NCBI GenBank assembly: GCA_051599415.1
Contig: AP039691.1
Span: 496,001-560,000 of the forward strand
Direction of reading: 5' to 3'
DNA from: Savitreella phatthalungensis
Lineage: Eukaryota
Length of the DNA stretch: 64,000 nt
Shown here: one piece after another, positions 31,277 through 42,956 of the stretch
Layout: the number at the start of each line of letters is the position of its first letter
Position numbering within the stretch: position 1 is the first letter of the stretch
The notes under the pieces: model-generated
What the model was told of the DNA's origin: nothing
Seen by the model: only the letters and a program-made list of their open reading frames with translations
Database searches by the model: none
Translations under genes and position numbers: made by a program

Positions 31277-32836
31277 ATGGCAGATAATCTCTGCATGTCT
31301 CTTCGTACAGTCGACGCCGTTCACATTGGCAGTCAAATCGGCGGCACTGTCTCTTTCTCAACACAGCAGGCAAGACGTCTGTCGGACTTCACAATCACGA
31401 TCTGTCTTGAGAGCAGAGTCCGGACTGTGGTTCCTGCTGCAGACGGCACTCGCGCAATAACAATATGTCCATTTGCCTCACACAAAATCGCTCTCCCGTG
31501 GCCTTCAGCCGGTTGCCCAAAGGAGACAGAGTTCAATGTGCCATTCCGCTTCGTCGTCCCACACAAGTCGCTGCCATCCCAAAGATATCAGGATCTAGCA
31601 GCAGTTGAGCACAGACTATCTGCGAAAGTCACCGAGGTCCTGAAACGCTCGTCAAAGAGCCTTCCACGGTCCAGTGCTGTGTCTTCACCACTCGTGCTTC
31701 TGCCAGGAGCGACCATTCGCGCAGCAGATACACCAAAACTGGTTCGTTTCGGTGCTGTACAGATAACGGCAAGCTCGCGGTGTTGCATTGGCGACAGCTT
31801 CTTCGTGCAGTGCCAAGTGCCTGCAGATCAGGAGCCACTCTCCTGGCAGGTCCGCCTCTCAACTGACACGGCGATCGGATATGCACCTGCGATGCACAAT
31901 CGCCACACCGAGCGCATCTTGTCCGATGTGCGTACAATCACACGCAGGCTGGACACGCGGCCAACTGTTGCTGTGCTCGAGATCACCTTACCAACGGACG
32001 TGGAGACTACTTTGGACATCCCAGGATTCGCCCGCAGACACGAGCTCTTTGTTGACCTCGTCTACTCTGACCGCACAGTACGCATGCCCGTTCCGCTTGA
32101 CATCGCTTCTGCAGCAGCTGCAAAAGCACCGCTTTCTCCGATGTCAGTCTGCAGCTCCACATTTGCAACAGAACCGGCACTCGAAAAGGACGACGCACTG
32201 TCGAAGCATCTGCGCCAACTTTCCATGGACGCTCTTGCCACTGGCGCGCTCTCCGGTTCCCTACCGACCCCGAACAGCGACTACAGCGGCAGTTCTGTTG
32301 CCTCACAGAGTCTTTACGGCGACGCGCTCTCCGCTAGCGCTAGCACATGCTCACTCTCGCCCGCTTCCTCGATCCGCAGAGCTGGTCCGGAGCCCAAGTA
32401 CAAGCACACTCGCTCGTCCAGCACAATGTCAATCAGCTCAATCACTCAGACGATCAAGACTCGACGTGACAGCCTGATCGGCAAGTTTGCGAAAAAATTG
32501 ACTTTTGACGACGAACGCCACCACAACCGTGTTCAAGACGATCTCGATTTTTCCTGCTGCGGTGATGAGCGGAAAGGTGCACTTCCGAGCGTCGTGTCTC
32601 GACACTCGCGTAGCGCCTCAATGCCTTTCCTCGGAGCTCCACTCAGTCCCAAGCACACACCTCTCATGTCAACCCTGAGCGAGGAAGGCTCACAAGCTCC
32701 TGTGAAGCACGTCTCGCGCAGGCGGACACGCAGACCAGCAGGCTTCGACTTTGGCCTCAACAGCAGCTCACCTTATGCTTCAATGCCTCCATCACCGTGC
32801 TCAAACTCCTCCGAGTCCCTTGCATGGGCACTTTAG
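31277..32836 (+). CDS. Hypothetical protein, probable arrestin-like beta-sandwich N-terminus plus a Ser-rich tail
   Basis: 519-aa ORF; IGGTVSF...PFRFVVP...LPS...VEHRLSAKV resembles arrestin_N; disordered C-terminal half. Confidence 0.55.
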   Translation: MADNLCMSLRTVDAVHIGSQIGGTVSFSTQQARRLSDFTITICLESRVRTVVPAADGTRAITICPFASHKIALPWPSAGCPKETEFNVPFRFVVPHKSLPSQRYQDLAAVEHRLSAKVTEVLKRSSKSLPRSSAVSSPLVLLPGATIRAADTPKLVRFGAVQITASSRCCIGDSFFVQCQVPADQEPLSWQVRLSTDTAIGYAPAMHNRHTERILSDVRTITRRLDTRPTVAVLEITLPTDVETTLDIPGFARRHELFVDLVYSDRTVRMPVPLDIASAAAAKAPLSPMSVCSSTFATEPALEKDDALSKHLRQLSMDALATGALSGSLPTPNSDYSGSSVASQSLYGDALSASASTCSLSPASSIRRAGPEPKYKHTRSSSTMSISSITQTIKTRRDSLIGKFAKKLTFDDERHHNRVQDDLDFSCCGDERKGALPSVVSRHSRSASMPFLGAPLSPKHTPLMSTLSEEGSQAPVKHVSRRRTRRPAGFDFGLNSSSPYASMPPSPCSNSSESLAWAL

Positions 32837-33136
32837 GAGCCCAAGGTCCGGTTCAGGCGATAGTATGAGCCAGAGACATCCTGAATATACACACTGTAGA
32901 TACTTACCTAGAATTTATATCGATGACACGTGATGAATATCAGCTCAATTCAGAGACTACATCCGATCACGCAGTTGACCCAATGCAGCGGTGTATTTGT
33001 GATCAATGACTACACTCGAGATCACTGGATGAAACCATCTTTCCCTAATCGTTGATTGATCACATCAGAGCACGCGCATCGTTATCTTCTCCAGGGTCAT
33101 TGCCCCTGCTGAAGAAGCCTCTGGCCGAGCGCGGTC

Positions 33137-35638
33137 ATGCACATGCACCGTGCCTTTGACTGTAGGCTAGTGACCGATGTGCAGAAAGGCATAGCAGTCA
33201 TTCATGCGTACGGCAACAAGTTGCTTGTGTGCGATTCAGCCTGCACGCTCACTCACTATGCTGTCGATGAGCGGCTGGAAGGCGGCAAAGGTCATCTACA
33301 TTCGCTCAAAACAGTCAAAGCATTTTCGCGGAGCAAGCCTCAACAACTGTACGCCGTCAAGGAGACGCAGACGTTGATAGTCCTAGCGGATGGCTACATC
33401 TCGCTCTATGGGCTTACCTCACTCGAGCTCCAGCAGCGGCTAGATGGCACAAAAGGTGCATCGCTCTTCTGCGTCGATTCAAGCATCGATCATACTTCCG
33501 GCGTGCCCGTCGTTCAGACACAGGTAGCTGTGTGCGTCCGACGGCAGGTGCTTCTATACACGTGGCGCGACAGCGAGTTTGAGCAGGAGCGGCACTTCAC
33601 GCTGCCTGACAAGGCGCGTGCTGCAGAGTTTCTGACACCACGAACGTTAGTTCTCGGCCTCGGGTCAGACTTCTGCTCGCTCGAGCTGGCAACAGGCGAC
33701 GTGCAGGCGATCCAGGTCGCAGTCCCTGGACCAGGCGCCATGAGCTATCTTGGCAGGCAGGCACGCCCACTCCTCGCCAACACCGCAGGTCAGATGCTCC
33801 TCGTTCGAGACCTCCAGTCTTCCTTCATCGACGCAGACTGCAACGTACTCCGCTCCAAATCGATCGACTGGTCGTCCGCTCCAGAGCACATCGGCTTCAC
33901 GTACCCTTACCTCGTCGTCGTTCTAAAAAGTCGAGTCGAAGTGCGCAATGCGCGACTAGGTACACTTCTCCAGACGTTCGATATCGCCTCGGTCTCACTC
34001 CTCAATCCAGGCAAACATCTCTTCCTAGCGACGTCACATAAGATCTTCCGTCTTGACGCACTGCCATACGGTGACCAGATCGAGACACTCATCGTGGCAG
34101 GCGCACTCGAGCAAGCGCAGTCTGTGCTCGAGCTGCTCGACAGTGTCTTGCTAGACAACAAGGAAGGTCTTCTGCGGAGGGTCAAGGCCTTGCAGGCCCA
34201 GGCACTCTTCGAGAAGGAGGAATACGAGCGGAGCATGGATCTGTACGGCGATGCGTGGGCCGTGCCAAGCGATATTGTGCGACTGCTGCCTGCACAGGAA
34301 GAGGAAGATGACTCCTGGCGGACGGCATATTCAGCCATGGCAGCCTTCCTCGCCAGGACCCGTCGCCTCCTCGCCAGATTCATTTCTGCGCCCCCCATGG
34401 CAAACTCCACACAGCAGTATCTTACGGCTTGGCCGGAATGTACACCGTTGTCAATCCAACAGCTCGAAGAAGAGCTCGGAATCGCAGACACGACCTTGCT
34501 CAAGATCTACATCGCCAGCTCTCCAGGACTCGTAGGCAGCTTGGTGCGACTGTCCAACCGATGTGACCCGGCGGTGGTACGAGACTACCTTGTACGCGAA
34601 GGCCGCTGGCGTGAGCTTGTAGATTTTTACTTCTCGAAGAGGCTCTACGACGACGCCTTCTCGCTCCTACAAGAAAAGCATGCTCCAGCGCTGGGACTCC
34701 AGCTGATGCAGCGACTGAACAATGACGACTGGGACGTCATCAAGAAGTGGTCGCCCTGGCTGCTGCATAATCACGAAGACGCAATAGAGATTTTCACTGA
34801 GCCATCGAACGAGAACGAGTCGTTTGAACGGCCAGCCGTGATTCAACTGCTGACCGGAATCGACAAGCAGTACGGGATAAAGTACCTCGAGCATGTCACT
34901 ATTGCACTCGACGATACCACACCGCGCTTCAGTGAGCAATTGTTAGAGCTCTACCTCGATCAAGACAAGTCGGAAGACCTCCTGACTTTTCTCAATTCCT
35001 CACACTGTCACGCGAGTCCACAGCGATTCTACGACCGTTTGCCGAAGACACCTGCGTATCTGGAAGCGAGGGCGATACTACTCGCGCGGATGGGTCGGCT
35101 TCGTGCGGCGCTGGAGGTGTACGTACACGAAGTCCGTGATCGGCAGAAGAGCGAGGCGTTTGCGATCCAGCAGCACCCTGCATCACCAGATGCGTTTGAA
35201 ATCCTGCTGGACATCTACCTCTCAAGCGAGCCAGCGGAGGTGGTGGGCGCACTGGAGCTGCTCAAGCGGCACGGCCCGCGTCTTGATGCGGAGGTAGTGC
35301 TGCGGAAACTGCCTGGGTCGGTGCCGGTACAACTGATCCAGCAGTACCTGAGCACCCGCCTGCGCGACAACCTCCGTCACGGGAACGCGACCGCAATCGA
35401 GACCGCCCTCCGCAGGTCAGACCTCATCACCGCACAAGAAGCGCTCCTCCACCGTAGAGCAACGCCACATCTCGTCACCACGCACACACTTTGCGCAGCC
35501 TGTGGCAAGCGGCTAGGTAACGCAGTCCTAGCAAGCTTCCCAAACGGTGCCCTCACACACTACGGATGTCGACCGGCCTACAACAATGTCCATGGCAAGG
35601 TCAATAAGGGCAATGCCAAGCTGACCAAGGCAAGATGA
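33137..35638 (+). CDS. VPS39: HOPS subunit Vps39/Vam6 (CNH domain, CHCR repeat, C-terminal zinc finger)
   Basis: N-terminal RAF, TKGASLF, DTTLLKIY...LVRLSNRCD and CAACGKRLGNAV...HYGC motifs. Confidence 0.9.
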   Translation: MHMHRAFDCRLVTDVQKGIAVIHAYGNKLLVCDSACTLTHYAVDERLEGGKGHLHSLKTVKAFSRSKPQQLYAVKETQTLIVLADGYISLYGLTSLELQQRLDGTKGASLFCVDSSIDHTSGVPVVQTQVAVCVRRQVLLYTWRDSEFEQERHFTLPDKARAAEFLTPRTLVLGLGSDFCSLELATGDVQAIQVAVPGPGAMSYLGRQARPLLANTAGQMLLVRDLQSSFIDADCNVLRSKSIDWSSAPEHIGFTYPYLVVVLKSRVEVRNARLGTLLQTFDIASVSLLNPGKHLFLATSHKIFRLDALPYGDQIETLIVAGALEQAQSVLELLDSVLLDNKEGLLRRVKALQAQALFEKEEYERSMDLYGDAWAVPSDIVRLLPAQEEEDDSWRTAYSAMAAFLARTRRLLARFISAPPMANSTQQYLTAWPECTPLSIQQLEEELGIADTTLLKIYIASSPGLVGSLVRLSNRCDPAVVRDYLVREGRWRELVDFYFSKRLYDDAFSLLQEKHAPALGLQLMQRLNNDDWDVIKKWSPWLLHNHEDAIEIFTEPSNENESFERPAVIQLLTGIDKQYGIKYLEHVTIALDDTTPRFSEQLLELYLDQDKSEDLLTFLNSSHCHASPQRFYDRLPKTPAYLEARAILLARMGRLRAALEVYVHEVRDRQKSEAFAIQQHPASPDAFEILLDIYLSSEPAEVVGALELLKRHGPRLDAEVVLRKLPGSVPVQLIQQYLSTRLRDNLRHGNATAIETALRRSDLITAQEALLHRRATPHLVTTHTLCAACGKRLGNAVLASFPNGALTHYGCRPAYNNVHGKVNKGNAKLTKAR

Positions 35639-36557
35639 TCGCGGTTTGCGGGTGGATTTGACAGTGGCTGGCAAGGTATGATAATATACGTAGTGTATCT
35701 GTGGAGCTGGAAGAGTTTCGATAATCCAGAAGCTAGATCTCGAGTGTAAGCATAGTTGATGAATCCTATAATGTATGGCTATTGCGGCAACATGACCCAG
35801 TACGCTCGAGCAAGACGACTGCATGGCTCGAGTCGCTAATGTGGCTGACGCTCCCAGGTGGATCTGTATCCAAACACGTGTATTCAGCCGGCCACCTGGA
35901 ATGACTTCATTATCTATGATACTCATCTACTAAGAAAATCATGCAGCGTAAACGACTACTAGATCTGAACCAGATCTGAACCAGCTTCTAGATATGGCTT
36001 GGGAAGATCGATCGGATGATCATATATCAAAGCATGCAGTGATACTAATGACGCGAATTGTGACCAAATTCCAATATTGATCTCGTCTGCCGTATACATC
36101 ATCAGCTATAGAGAATATACAGCTGCAATACTTGCCATAGATATGTAAATTACTTGTATAATTGATCCAACATCATGCATGTGCAACAAAGATGCATAGC
36201 TAGCGCTAGATACATACAACCCGTGCACGTACGCGCATTCAGATCAATTTATATTTCCATATAGCAGCACCACCACCCATGACTGATCAATATCAAGTTG
36301 GTATCAACAAGAGCAGCAATAGCATCAGCAATTGCATCAAACACCCGTACAGCTACACTGTACTGTATACTCCATACAATGAATAGTATTGTATCGTGTA
36401 GGGTAGGTATAGTGTATAGTATATCTTCCCCCCCAGAATCGATGACACAACCATCCTACACTACACCACAACATCTCTATCGAGAGCATTTGATCACAGC
36501 GTCACAGAGGCCTACAAGTCCTAGACCTAGACCCTAGAGGTCACGGTCTACAACCCT

Positions 36558-38503
36558 ATGGCCTCGGTTGACGCGTTAAGGCGCTGTGTCAGGTGCAAGC
36601 AGAAGAAGAAAGTAAGTTCTCCTCCATCATCCTAGATACACCCACACCCACCTCATCAACACCACTTCCACTCCTAGACCTCTACTGACATCTTCTCTTC
36701 TTCAAGGGCTGTTCAAGAGGAAATCCTTGTGAAAGATGTGCCTTGGCAGGTCTAACAGCAGAACAATGCATCTACCTCCCAGAAGACGTCACCTACAGGC
36801 CAAAGCCCAAACCGCAACAACCAAAGAAATCAGCTTCAGCAACCACAAACCAACCTCAATTACACGCATCATCATTCCTCGGTAGCAGTCCACGCAAGTA
36901 CATCGAACGATACCAGTCTGTACCCTTCAGTCCATTGGCTACAGAGATCAGGAGGTGTAGCCGATGTATCCGTACAGGAAGAGCGTGCAGTCTCGATCGA
37001 CCTTGCGAGCCATGTAGGGAGCACGGCTTGAGTGCGTACGAATGTCTATACACCTCTGCTGCAGACTACAAGAAGCGAGGACCTGGGGCGAAGAAGAAGC
37101 TTGGCACAATCTCAGCTACCACATCTCCACAAGTCGGCAGTCTCGACTCCACCCTCGATCCTGACTCTCTTGCAGAAGCCATGGCTATGGGACGCAAGAC
37201 GGTACGCAGCATAAGCGTCAACACCGGACTCGAGCGGCAAGATGTCAGAACAGCCTTGGCAGAGGAACCGCAGGATTCAGACTTCTCCCCGTCACCGCCT
37301 CCGTTCAGCCCGCTATCGGAGCCAGGCGGCTGGGACGAGGAGTACGAGGACGATCTCGCGACGACTGGACCAGCGACAAAACCGACAGTCGCACCCACAG
37401 ATCGCCTTCGCGTGCCTACCACACTCAGCCAGCGCGACGCCAAGCGCCTCTCCTTCGCTGCCAGTGACACAGATTCAGCGCCAGGCATGTCACGTGCTGG
37501 AAGTGCCATTGGCTCGAATGCCGTCGAGTACCCGAACATGCTCCATATGCTGCACGGCCAAGCGCCAAGCGCCGTTCCCGAAGCCTCACCACAACTCTTC
37601 ACGGAGGATTACGTTTCATCGCCATCACCTTATGAATCTCCCCACCTGGCGTCGTCCCCACCGATCCATTATCAGCGGTTCGCAGCACGCACCGGCAGCT
37701 TCGGTGCAGCAGATCCAGCCTTATTTCCAGGTAGTTCTCCACAGCCCAGAACGTCTCAACTCGTGCAGCAAGGACAGCGGATACCGACATCAGCCGCTGC
37801 AGCCGCCGCAGCATTTGCCGCTCCATACTCCAAATCTGTCGGATCAGACTACGGCCAGTCGCCTCCAAATCAGGCAAACGTATATTCACGTTCCCCATCA
37901 AATCACGCAAACCAGAGGCACCGTGCTGCACCATCTCCACAAGCGCGGCATTCACCTCTGCCCTACCACATTCCAATGCGCGGTCAGCAAAGCTCAACAA
38001 AGGAGGGACAGCTCTCGAGCAGTCCACTTGGAGGCGGTGGTGGTCTTCCCGGTGGACCAGCAGCGCGCGCTTCGCCTTCACAGACGAGGACCCAACTGCA
38101 ATCACACTCCGGAAGCAGCAACTCTCCGCGGCGGCAGTTCGCCCAGCTTACAAATACCCAGGATCATGCATCGACATCAGGGTCTTCACAGCACTTCAGT
38201 GGGTCGCCAAGATCCGCGCAGTCGCACGATGGGTCGCTCCATCGGTTTGCACAGCAGAACAATCTCGGAGGCGTGCAACCACAGAAGGGCTTCTCGCCTG
38301 CTAAGAATGCTCAAGGTGGCATCACCATTCAAGGAACGAGCATGTTCCGCCAGGGATCATCCGGTCTCAGCCGAAGCTTCCGCCCCGAATCGCCGTCCAG
38401 CGACACAGGTCAAATCTCCCGGCCACAATCACGCAACGCCGAGCAGCCGCCAGCGCAGCAGCGTGTCCAGTCGCGGCCCGTTCAACAAGCACAGTTGATG
38501 CCA

Positions 38504-38535
<32 letters not shown>

Positions 38536-39028
38536 GCAGTACTACATAGCGCAAGGTCCGCCTATGGTGCCCAGCGTCGCACCACAAGTCGATCTCCATC
38601 AAATGCAACTCCACCTTGCCCAGCTTCAGGCTCAACGTCGTGCGATGCAGCAGCAGGTTCACGTTCAGCAACAGCATCAATTGCGACAGCAAAGAGCAAT
38701 GCAAATGCAACAAGCTCATCACCAACAACAACAGCTACAGCAGCAGCAGCAGCAGGAGCTCCAGCACCACCACCAGATGCAGCTTCTTCAGCAACAACAA
38801 CAGCAGCAACATTTACAACAACAGCAACATCATTTGCAGCCCCCCACGCAGCCTCAAGGTGGCATGGTCATCTGGGACTCGATGCGTCCGCCAAGTGCTA
38901 ATCAAGGTCGGCCGACGTCATCTTCATCACGGCCTTCGTCACGCAGCACGAAGCAGACTCCGTCAAGGCAGCTCGCGGATGAATTCGCCTTTGACGAAGA
39001 TCAGATGGAGTTGTTCCCGCCCACGTAG
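36558..39028 (+). CDS. Transcription factor with two Zn2Cys6-like clusters and a Q-rich C-terminus, 2 exons (about 791 aa)
   Basis: Exon 1 36558-36611, intron 36612-36706 (GTAAGT...ACTGAC...AAG), exon 2 36707-39028. Clusters are CVRCKQKKK|GCSRGNPCERCALAGLTAEQC and CSRCIRTGRACSLDRPCEPCREHGLSAYEC. Confidence 0.85.
38503..38830 (+). repeat. CAG/CAA coding repeats (polyglutamine tracts)
   Basis: Q12 run and further Q/H-rich runs within the 36558-39028 CDS. Confidence 0.9.
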
Positions 39029-39191
39029 TCTCTTGTCACTTGACCCTGGAACACGAGGACAAAGCCATATGTCAAGCCATTTGAACAAATGATCCATGCA
39101 TACTGGGAAACCCCATCTCTGGTGTCTTCTTTTCACGCGATCATCGCATTCAATATCTACAACGGTGTTCTCAGCCACATCGGCCAACTCC

Positions 39192-39734
39192 TTAGGCGAG
39201 TGTCTTGTTCATGAACTTGCGCTTCGTGAATGACATCCAGAACTTGTCTGGCTTCGTTTCATCCCTAGCGTACACCTTCGCAACCACCCTGCTCGCGAGC
39301 TCCTGTCTGAATTGTTGAAGATAAGCCCTAATGAGTTCTCCGTCATTCCTATCCTTGGGCGGAGCGTAGATATTGTTGAGCGGGAAACCTGCCTCTCCAG
39401 GTACACTGAACTGTTCTAGCGCCAGCGTGTTCAACAACTTGACGGCCTCGCCGCGTGCAGGTCCACCGCGAGTAGCCTGGAGCCTCGCAAGGCACTCACT
39501 CACAAACAAGATCCCATAGATCAGCGTCCTGTCTGACGGTCCATCGATCGTGAAGTTCCGGAAGAAGCAATTCGCCCTGAACAGCTCCAGCGTCTCATCC
39601 AAGATGTCCGAACCCTCAGCATCAGCAGGCCCATACGCAGGACCACGGAACTTTGTCCTCAGCGGCAGCAGTGCCGTGTTTCCGACAATCCGAGTATCCG
39701 CGTCCTCTTCAAAGGACGAGTGGTATGCCGGCAT
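39192..39734 (-). CDS. ARC18: Arp2/3 complex subunit ARPC3 (p21)
   Basis: MPAYHSSF, LPLRTKFRGPA, LFRANCFFRNF and FWMSFTKRKFMNKTL motifs. Confidence 0.96.
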   Translation of the reverse strand: MPAYHSSFEEDADTRIVGNTALLPLRTKFRGPAYGPADAEGSDILDETLELFRANCFFRNFTIDGPSDRTLIYGILFVSECLARLQATRGGPARGEAVKLLNTLALEQFSVPGEAGFPLNNIYAPPKDRNDGELIRAYLQQFRQELASRVVAKVYARDETKPDKFWMSFTKRKFMNKTLA

Positions 39735-39959
39735 GTCGCAGAAACTCTTTGAGACGATTGGTGTCAAGGATGTCTGTCGCGACTGAAATCAGCAAAGGAG
39801 CTTAAGGTGTGATCGTGACCGATGACGCTACCGGTACTGTCGTCGCTACACTATCCACTCTGATCGATCAACTTTGGAGGATTGTCTGTACGTGTGAATG
39901 AATGCACGAAATCCAGAAACTTAAGCAACATGTTAAAATTACACATAGAAATTCTGGGT

Positions 39960-41276
39960 CTACCAGGTATACTGCTTGATCAGGTAGTCGTCGTAAACTT
40001 CGAGCACTCTTCTGACCGTCTTGCGTGTCAGGTTCTCTCGAACGAGTACCTTCTCCATCGCGTGATTGCCGTTGAAATACTTAACCATGCGGTCAAAGGC
40101 CGGCTGGTCTTCTGGGTGTAAGGCGGCGATGTAGCTTAGGTACTTGCGTTCGACCGCCGATGCAGCATACGGTTCTGCAATCACCGTCTCCTCATCCACC
40201 TCCTTGTCATCAGGTCGTACTGCCCGTTTGACCTCTGCAGGAACTTTAATCCACACAAATGTCCGCAGCTCGATCAGCCAACCACGCCGGAGTAACCACG
40301 CAAGCACGTCCAAGTACAGCGCACGGTGATCCTTGCTCGGGACGAGCGCCGAAAACGGAGCAATCCGCTTGCCTAGCGCCGTCAGCATCCGCGGGAGACT
40401 CGGAACGGTTGGAAAGCGCTGGCTGAATGTGGCCGTGTCGTCGTGCAGGCGCGACATGACGGCTGTCGGGGATGTGGTGTAGACGTTGCGGACGTGTAGT
40501 GGGCGAATGGGAAGTGCGAACCGCCAGTGAACGAGGTGTCTAGCGAGTGTGGAGACGTCGTGAAGGGGCAGTCCAAGCTGGGAGAACGACATTGTCGGCC
40601 TGATCGCCTTGACAAACTTGATCAGCATCGGCGAGCTCCCAGGAGGTAGCTGGCCCAAGATCGTCTCCGGATCATCGAGCAGCAGCAGCGCCCAGTGCGG
40701 CAGCAGCAGTGGATCTCCATCGTCCTCACCAAACGACCTCACACTCGACAAAAACACATGCTTGTCCCTGCGCAAGGTCGCACTGAAGATCTCCCTTGGA
40801 ATCGAAAGTGACAGGTTGATCTGATTGATGACCAGGTGAGCAGTGTCACCACGCGACAGCGCATCGTAAGTCTGCCTGATGACACTAGCTAGCGCGCTGT
40901 CACCCGTTGACATGATCTCCTCGCACGCCTTCCACACGTAGTCCGATCTTGCCTGCTCGTACGTGAGCGCGAACGTGAGCTGGGTGATCACGTCGTAGAT
41001 CGCTCCGCGCTCCTTGTAAGCGACGTCGACCGCGAACACCAGGTGGAACATCGTCATCGGCGACGTCTCCGACGAAAGCCGCTTCTTGATCCACTGTCCA
41101 TCCCGCTGGTGCACAGGGTTTCCCAAGAACACGAGATCATCAATCCACAGCTCAAACTTGGCATCGCTCCGCTGAGGCGTCAGCACATCAGCCAGCGGCA
41201 ACCCGAGCTCAGGGTACTGGTAAACAATCTGCTCACCCCGAGACGATTTCGTCGCCAGCAGGATCGATCGCAGCAT
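39960..41276 (-). CDS. NPR3: Nitrogen permease regulator 3 (SEACIT/GATOR1 subunit), compact form
   Basis: KFELWIDDLVFLGNPVH, MFHLVF, YEQARSDYV, LARHLVHWR and YFNGNHAMEKV motifs. Confidence 0.88.
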   Translation of the reverse strand: MLRSILLATKSSRGEQIVYQYPELGLPLADVLTPQRSDAKFELWIDDLVFLGNPVHQRDGQWIKKRLSSETSPMTMFHLVFAVDVAYKERGAIYDVITQLTFALTYEQARSDYVWKACEEIMSTGDSALASVIRQTYDALSRGDTAHLVINQINLSLSIPREIFSATLRRDKHVFLSSVRSFGEDDGDPLLLPHWALLLLDDPETILGQLPPGSSPMLIKFVKAIRPTMSFSQLGLPLHDVSTLARHLVHWRFALPIRPLHVRNVYTTSPTAVMSRLHDDTATFSQRFPTVPSLPRMLTALGKRIAPFSALVPSKDHRALYLDVLAWLLRRGWLIELRTFVWIKVPAEVKRAVRPDDKEVDEETVIAEPYAASAVERKYLSYIAALHPEDQPAFDRMVKYFNGNHAMEKVLVRENLTRKTVRRVLEVYDDYLIKQYTW

Positions 41277-41415
41277 CGCTAGAGGGTCATCCTGTCGCTC
41301 AACCCCCCTCTCAACCGTCTATCTCTTTTTAACCCACCTGCACCTCGAGAACTCATAGCGGCTCCACAAAACACTCCTCCTTTATTCACCGTGTCGCCCA
41401 CACACAGCGGCTCTC

Positions 41416-41859
41416 ATGCAGCGGCGAGCTCCAGAGCTTGATCCCTCCATCAGATCGAAAGGTCGTGGTTCCGCAACTCGTGCGAGGACGTCTACTGATG
41501 ACACGCCCCTGGCGTCGAGCACAGTCGATGTCAGTCGGAAGGCAGATCTGCCGAGGCACAGGGACAAGAGCACTCGACCTGACGGGTCGGCGCGCAAGCC
41601 CGTTCGGGTGCGCGAGGGTTATGTGCCGGAGGAAGAAGTTGCTAAGTACCGACCGCGCGGTCTGAGAACTTCACCCTCGCAGGCACTCAGGCCAACCACC
41701 GTCACCTCCAAGACAAAGGTACAGCCACCACCGTCACCACCAGAGGAGAAACCGCCAACAACGACGACGACGACGAGGCAGAAGCAGTCGGAAGCGCTAG
41801 ATGCGGCACTGTCAAAGCTATCGCTTGGCGACCTATCGAGCTCACGTTGGGCGACATGA
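41416..41859 (+). CDS. PYM/WIBG Mago-Y14-binding protein
   Basis: STRPDGSARKPVRVREGYVPEEEVAKY is the Mago-binding motif. Confidence 0.82.
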   Translation: MQRRAPELDPSIRSKGRGSATRARTSTDDTPLASSTVDVSRKADLPRHRDKSTRPDGSARKPVRVREGYVPEEEVAKYRPRGLRTSPSQALRPTTVTSKTKVQPPPSPPEEKPPTTTTTTRQKQSEALDAALSKLSLGDLSSSRWAT

Positions 41860-41936
41860 CATCACACGAGACGATACGGATGTGATGAATGAATGGATGG
41901 ATGAATGATGACATTAAGACGTTGCGGGGAGAGGGC

Positions 41937-42956
41937 TCATCTGAGCATGACGAAGAGGAGGAAGAATAGGATGAGGATGCCGAAAATTTTGAGCATAAGG
42001 ATTCTGTTGCCTGAGACGCGCTTCCAGTACTTTGTAATCTCGTACTGTGCGCGGTCGACGTTGAGGACGACGTCGTCGGTGTTTGCGTCGATCCGCTGGA
42101 CGGTCTCCCGCTGCTCGGACACCATCTGGGCGAGCTGCTGGAAGATGCCACCGAGCTCGGCAATCGTCGACTCGATCGTCTCAATCGCACTCGATCGAGA
42201 CTCGAGGTACTGATCGCTCGCATCGTGCATCATCAGCGCCTGCTGCTGCTCCCCCGTCACACCCTTCGCGTACGGGTTGTCAGCCTGAGACGTCGAATTC
42301 TCCTCACCCAGGCTCAGGTACTCGAATCGTGCGCCGTCGTCAATCCCGTTCGGCGATGTCGGTGGCGCCGACGATGCTCGCTGTGTTAGTGTACTTGCGT
42401 TTCCGCCGTTATAGAGAGGGTTGTCCCTAAGTTGGGCAGCGCGAGAAAGGTGTGAGCCACCTGCAGAATGTACAAAGTTGTCAGTCCGCATCTTAGATTC
42501 GCGCATATTCCGTGTGCGGACCTCGAGGATGTCTTTGAAGTTCTTAGTCGCCGTGTTCACACCCTTGTTCAACGAGCCGACCACACTGTCGACATGCGCT
42601 GCCTGCTGGCCAGACCCTCGAGATTTCTGGCTGTTCTTGGCCGACATGCCTTGCAGCGTCTTCACATCGTCTGTTATCTTGGCCAGATCCTGCTTAATCA
42701 CGTACGTGAGCTCCTGGATTGCTGTCGTGTGATCATCAAAGATGCCCTTCTTCTGACACAGCTGTGCAAGCCGTTGTAGCTTCTGGGAGGTCCGGTCGAT
42801 GTCGTGCGATATACTCTGGGCATAGCTGAAGAATTCGCTCGCTTTCCGAGGGCCATTCGAAGGTGTGTTAGTGGCCTTGTTGGCCTTGTTCGTCCTCGGC
42901 GCGCTCTTGTGAGCCACTGCGACGCATGATCTGAACTCTGCAGTCCGATCTAGCAT
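41937..42956 (-). CDS. SED5: cis-Golgi t-SNARE syntaxin 5
   Basis: N-terminal DRTAEF, SNARE motif IESTIAELGGIFQQLAQMVSEQRETVQRID and a C-terminal TM segment. Confidence 0.95.
   Translation of the reverse strand: MLDRTAEFRSCVAVAHKSAPRTNKANKATNTPSNGPRKASEFFSYAQSISHDIDRTSQKLQRLAQLCQKKGIFDDHTTAIQELTYVIKQDLAKITDDVKTLQGMSAKNSQKSRGSGQQAAHVDSVVGSLNKGVNTATKNFKDILEVRTRNMRESKMRTDNFVHSAGGSHLSRAAQLRDNPLYNGGNASTLTQRASSAPPTSPNGIDDGARFEYLSLGEENSTSQADNPYAKGVTGEQQQALMMHDASDQYLESRSSAIETIESTIAELGGIFQQLAQMVSEQRETVQRIDANTDDVVLNVDRAQYEITKYWKRVSGNRILMLKIFGILILFFLLFVMLR

Noticed and set aside
35962..35985. Tandem duplication AGATCTGAACC x2
   Set aside because: Only two copies with no spacer structure; ordinary slippage, not CRISPR or a transposon end.
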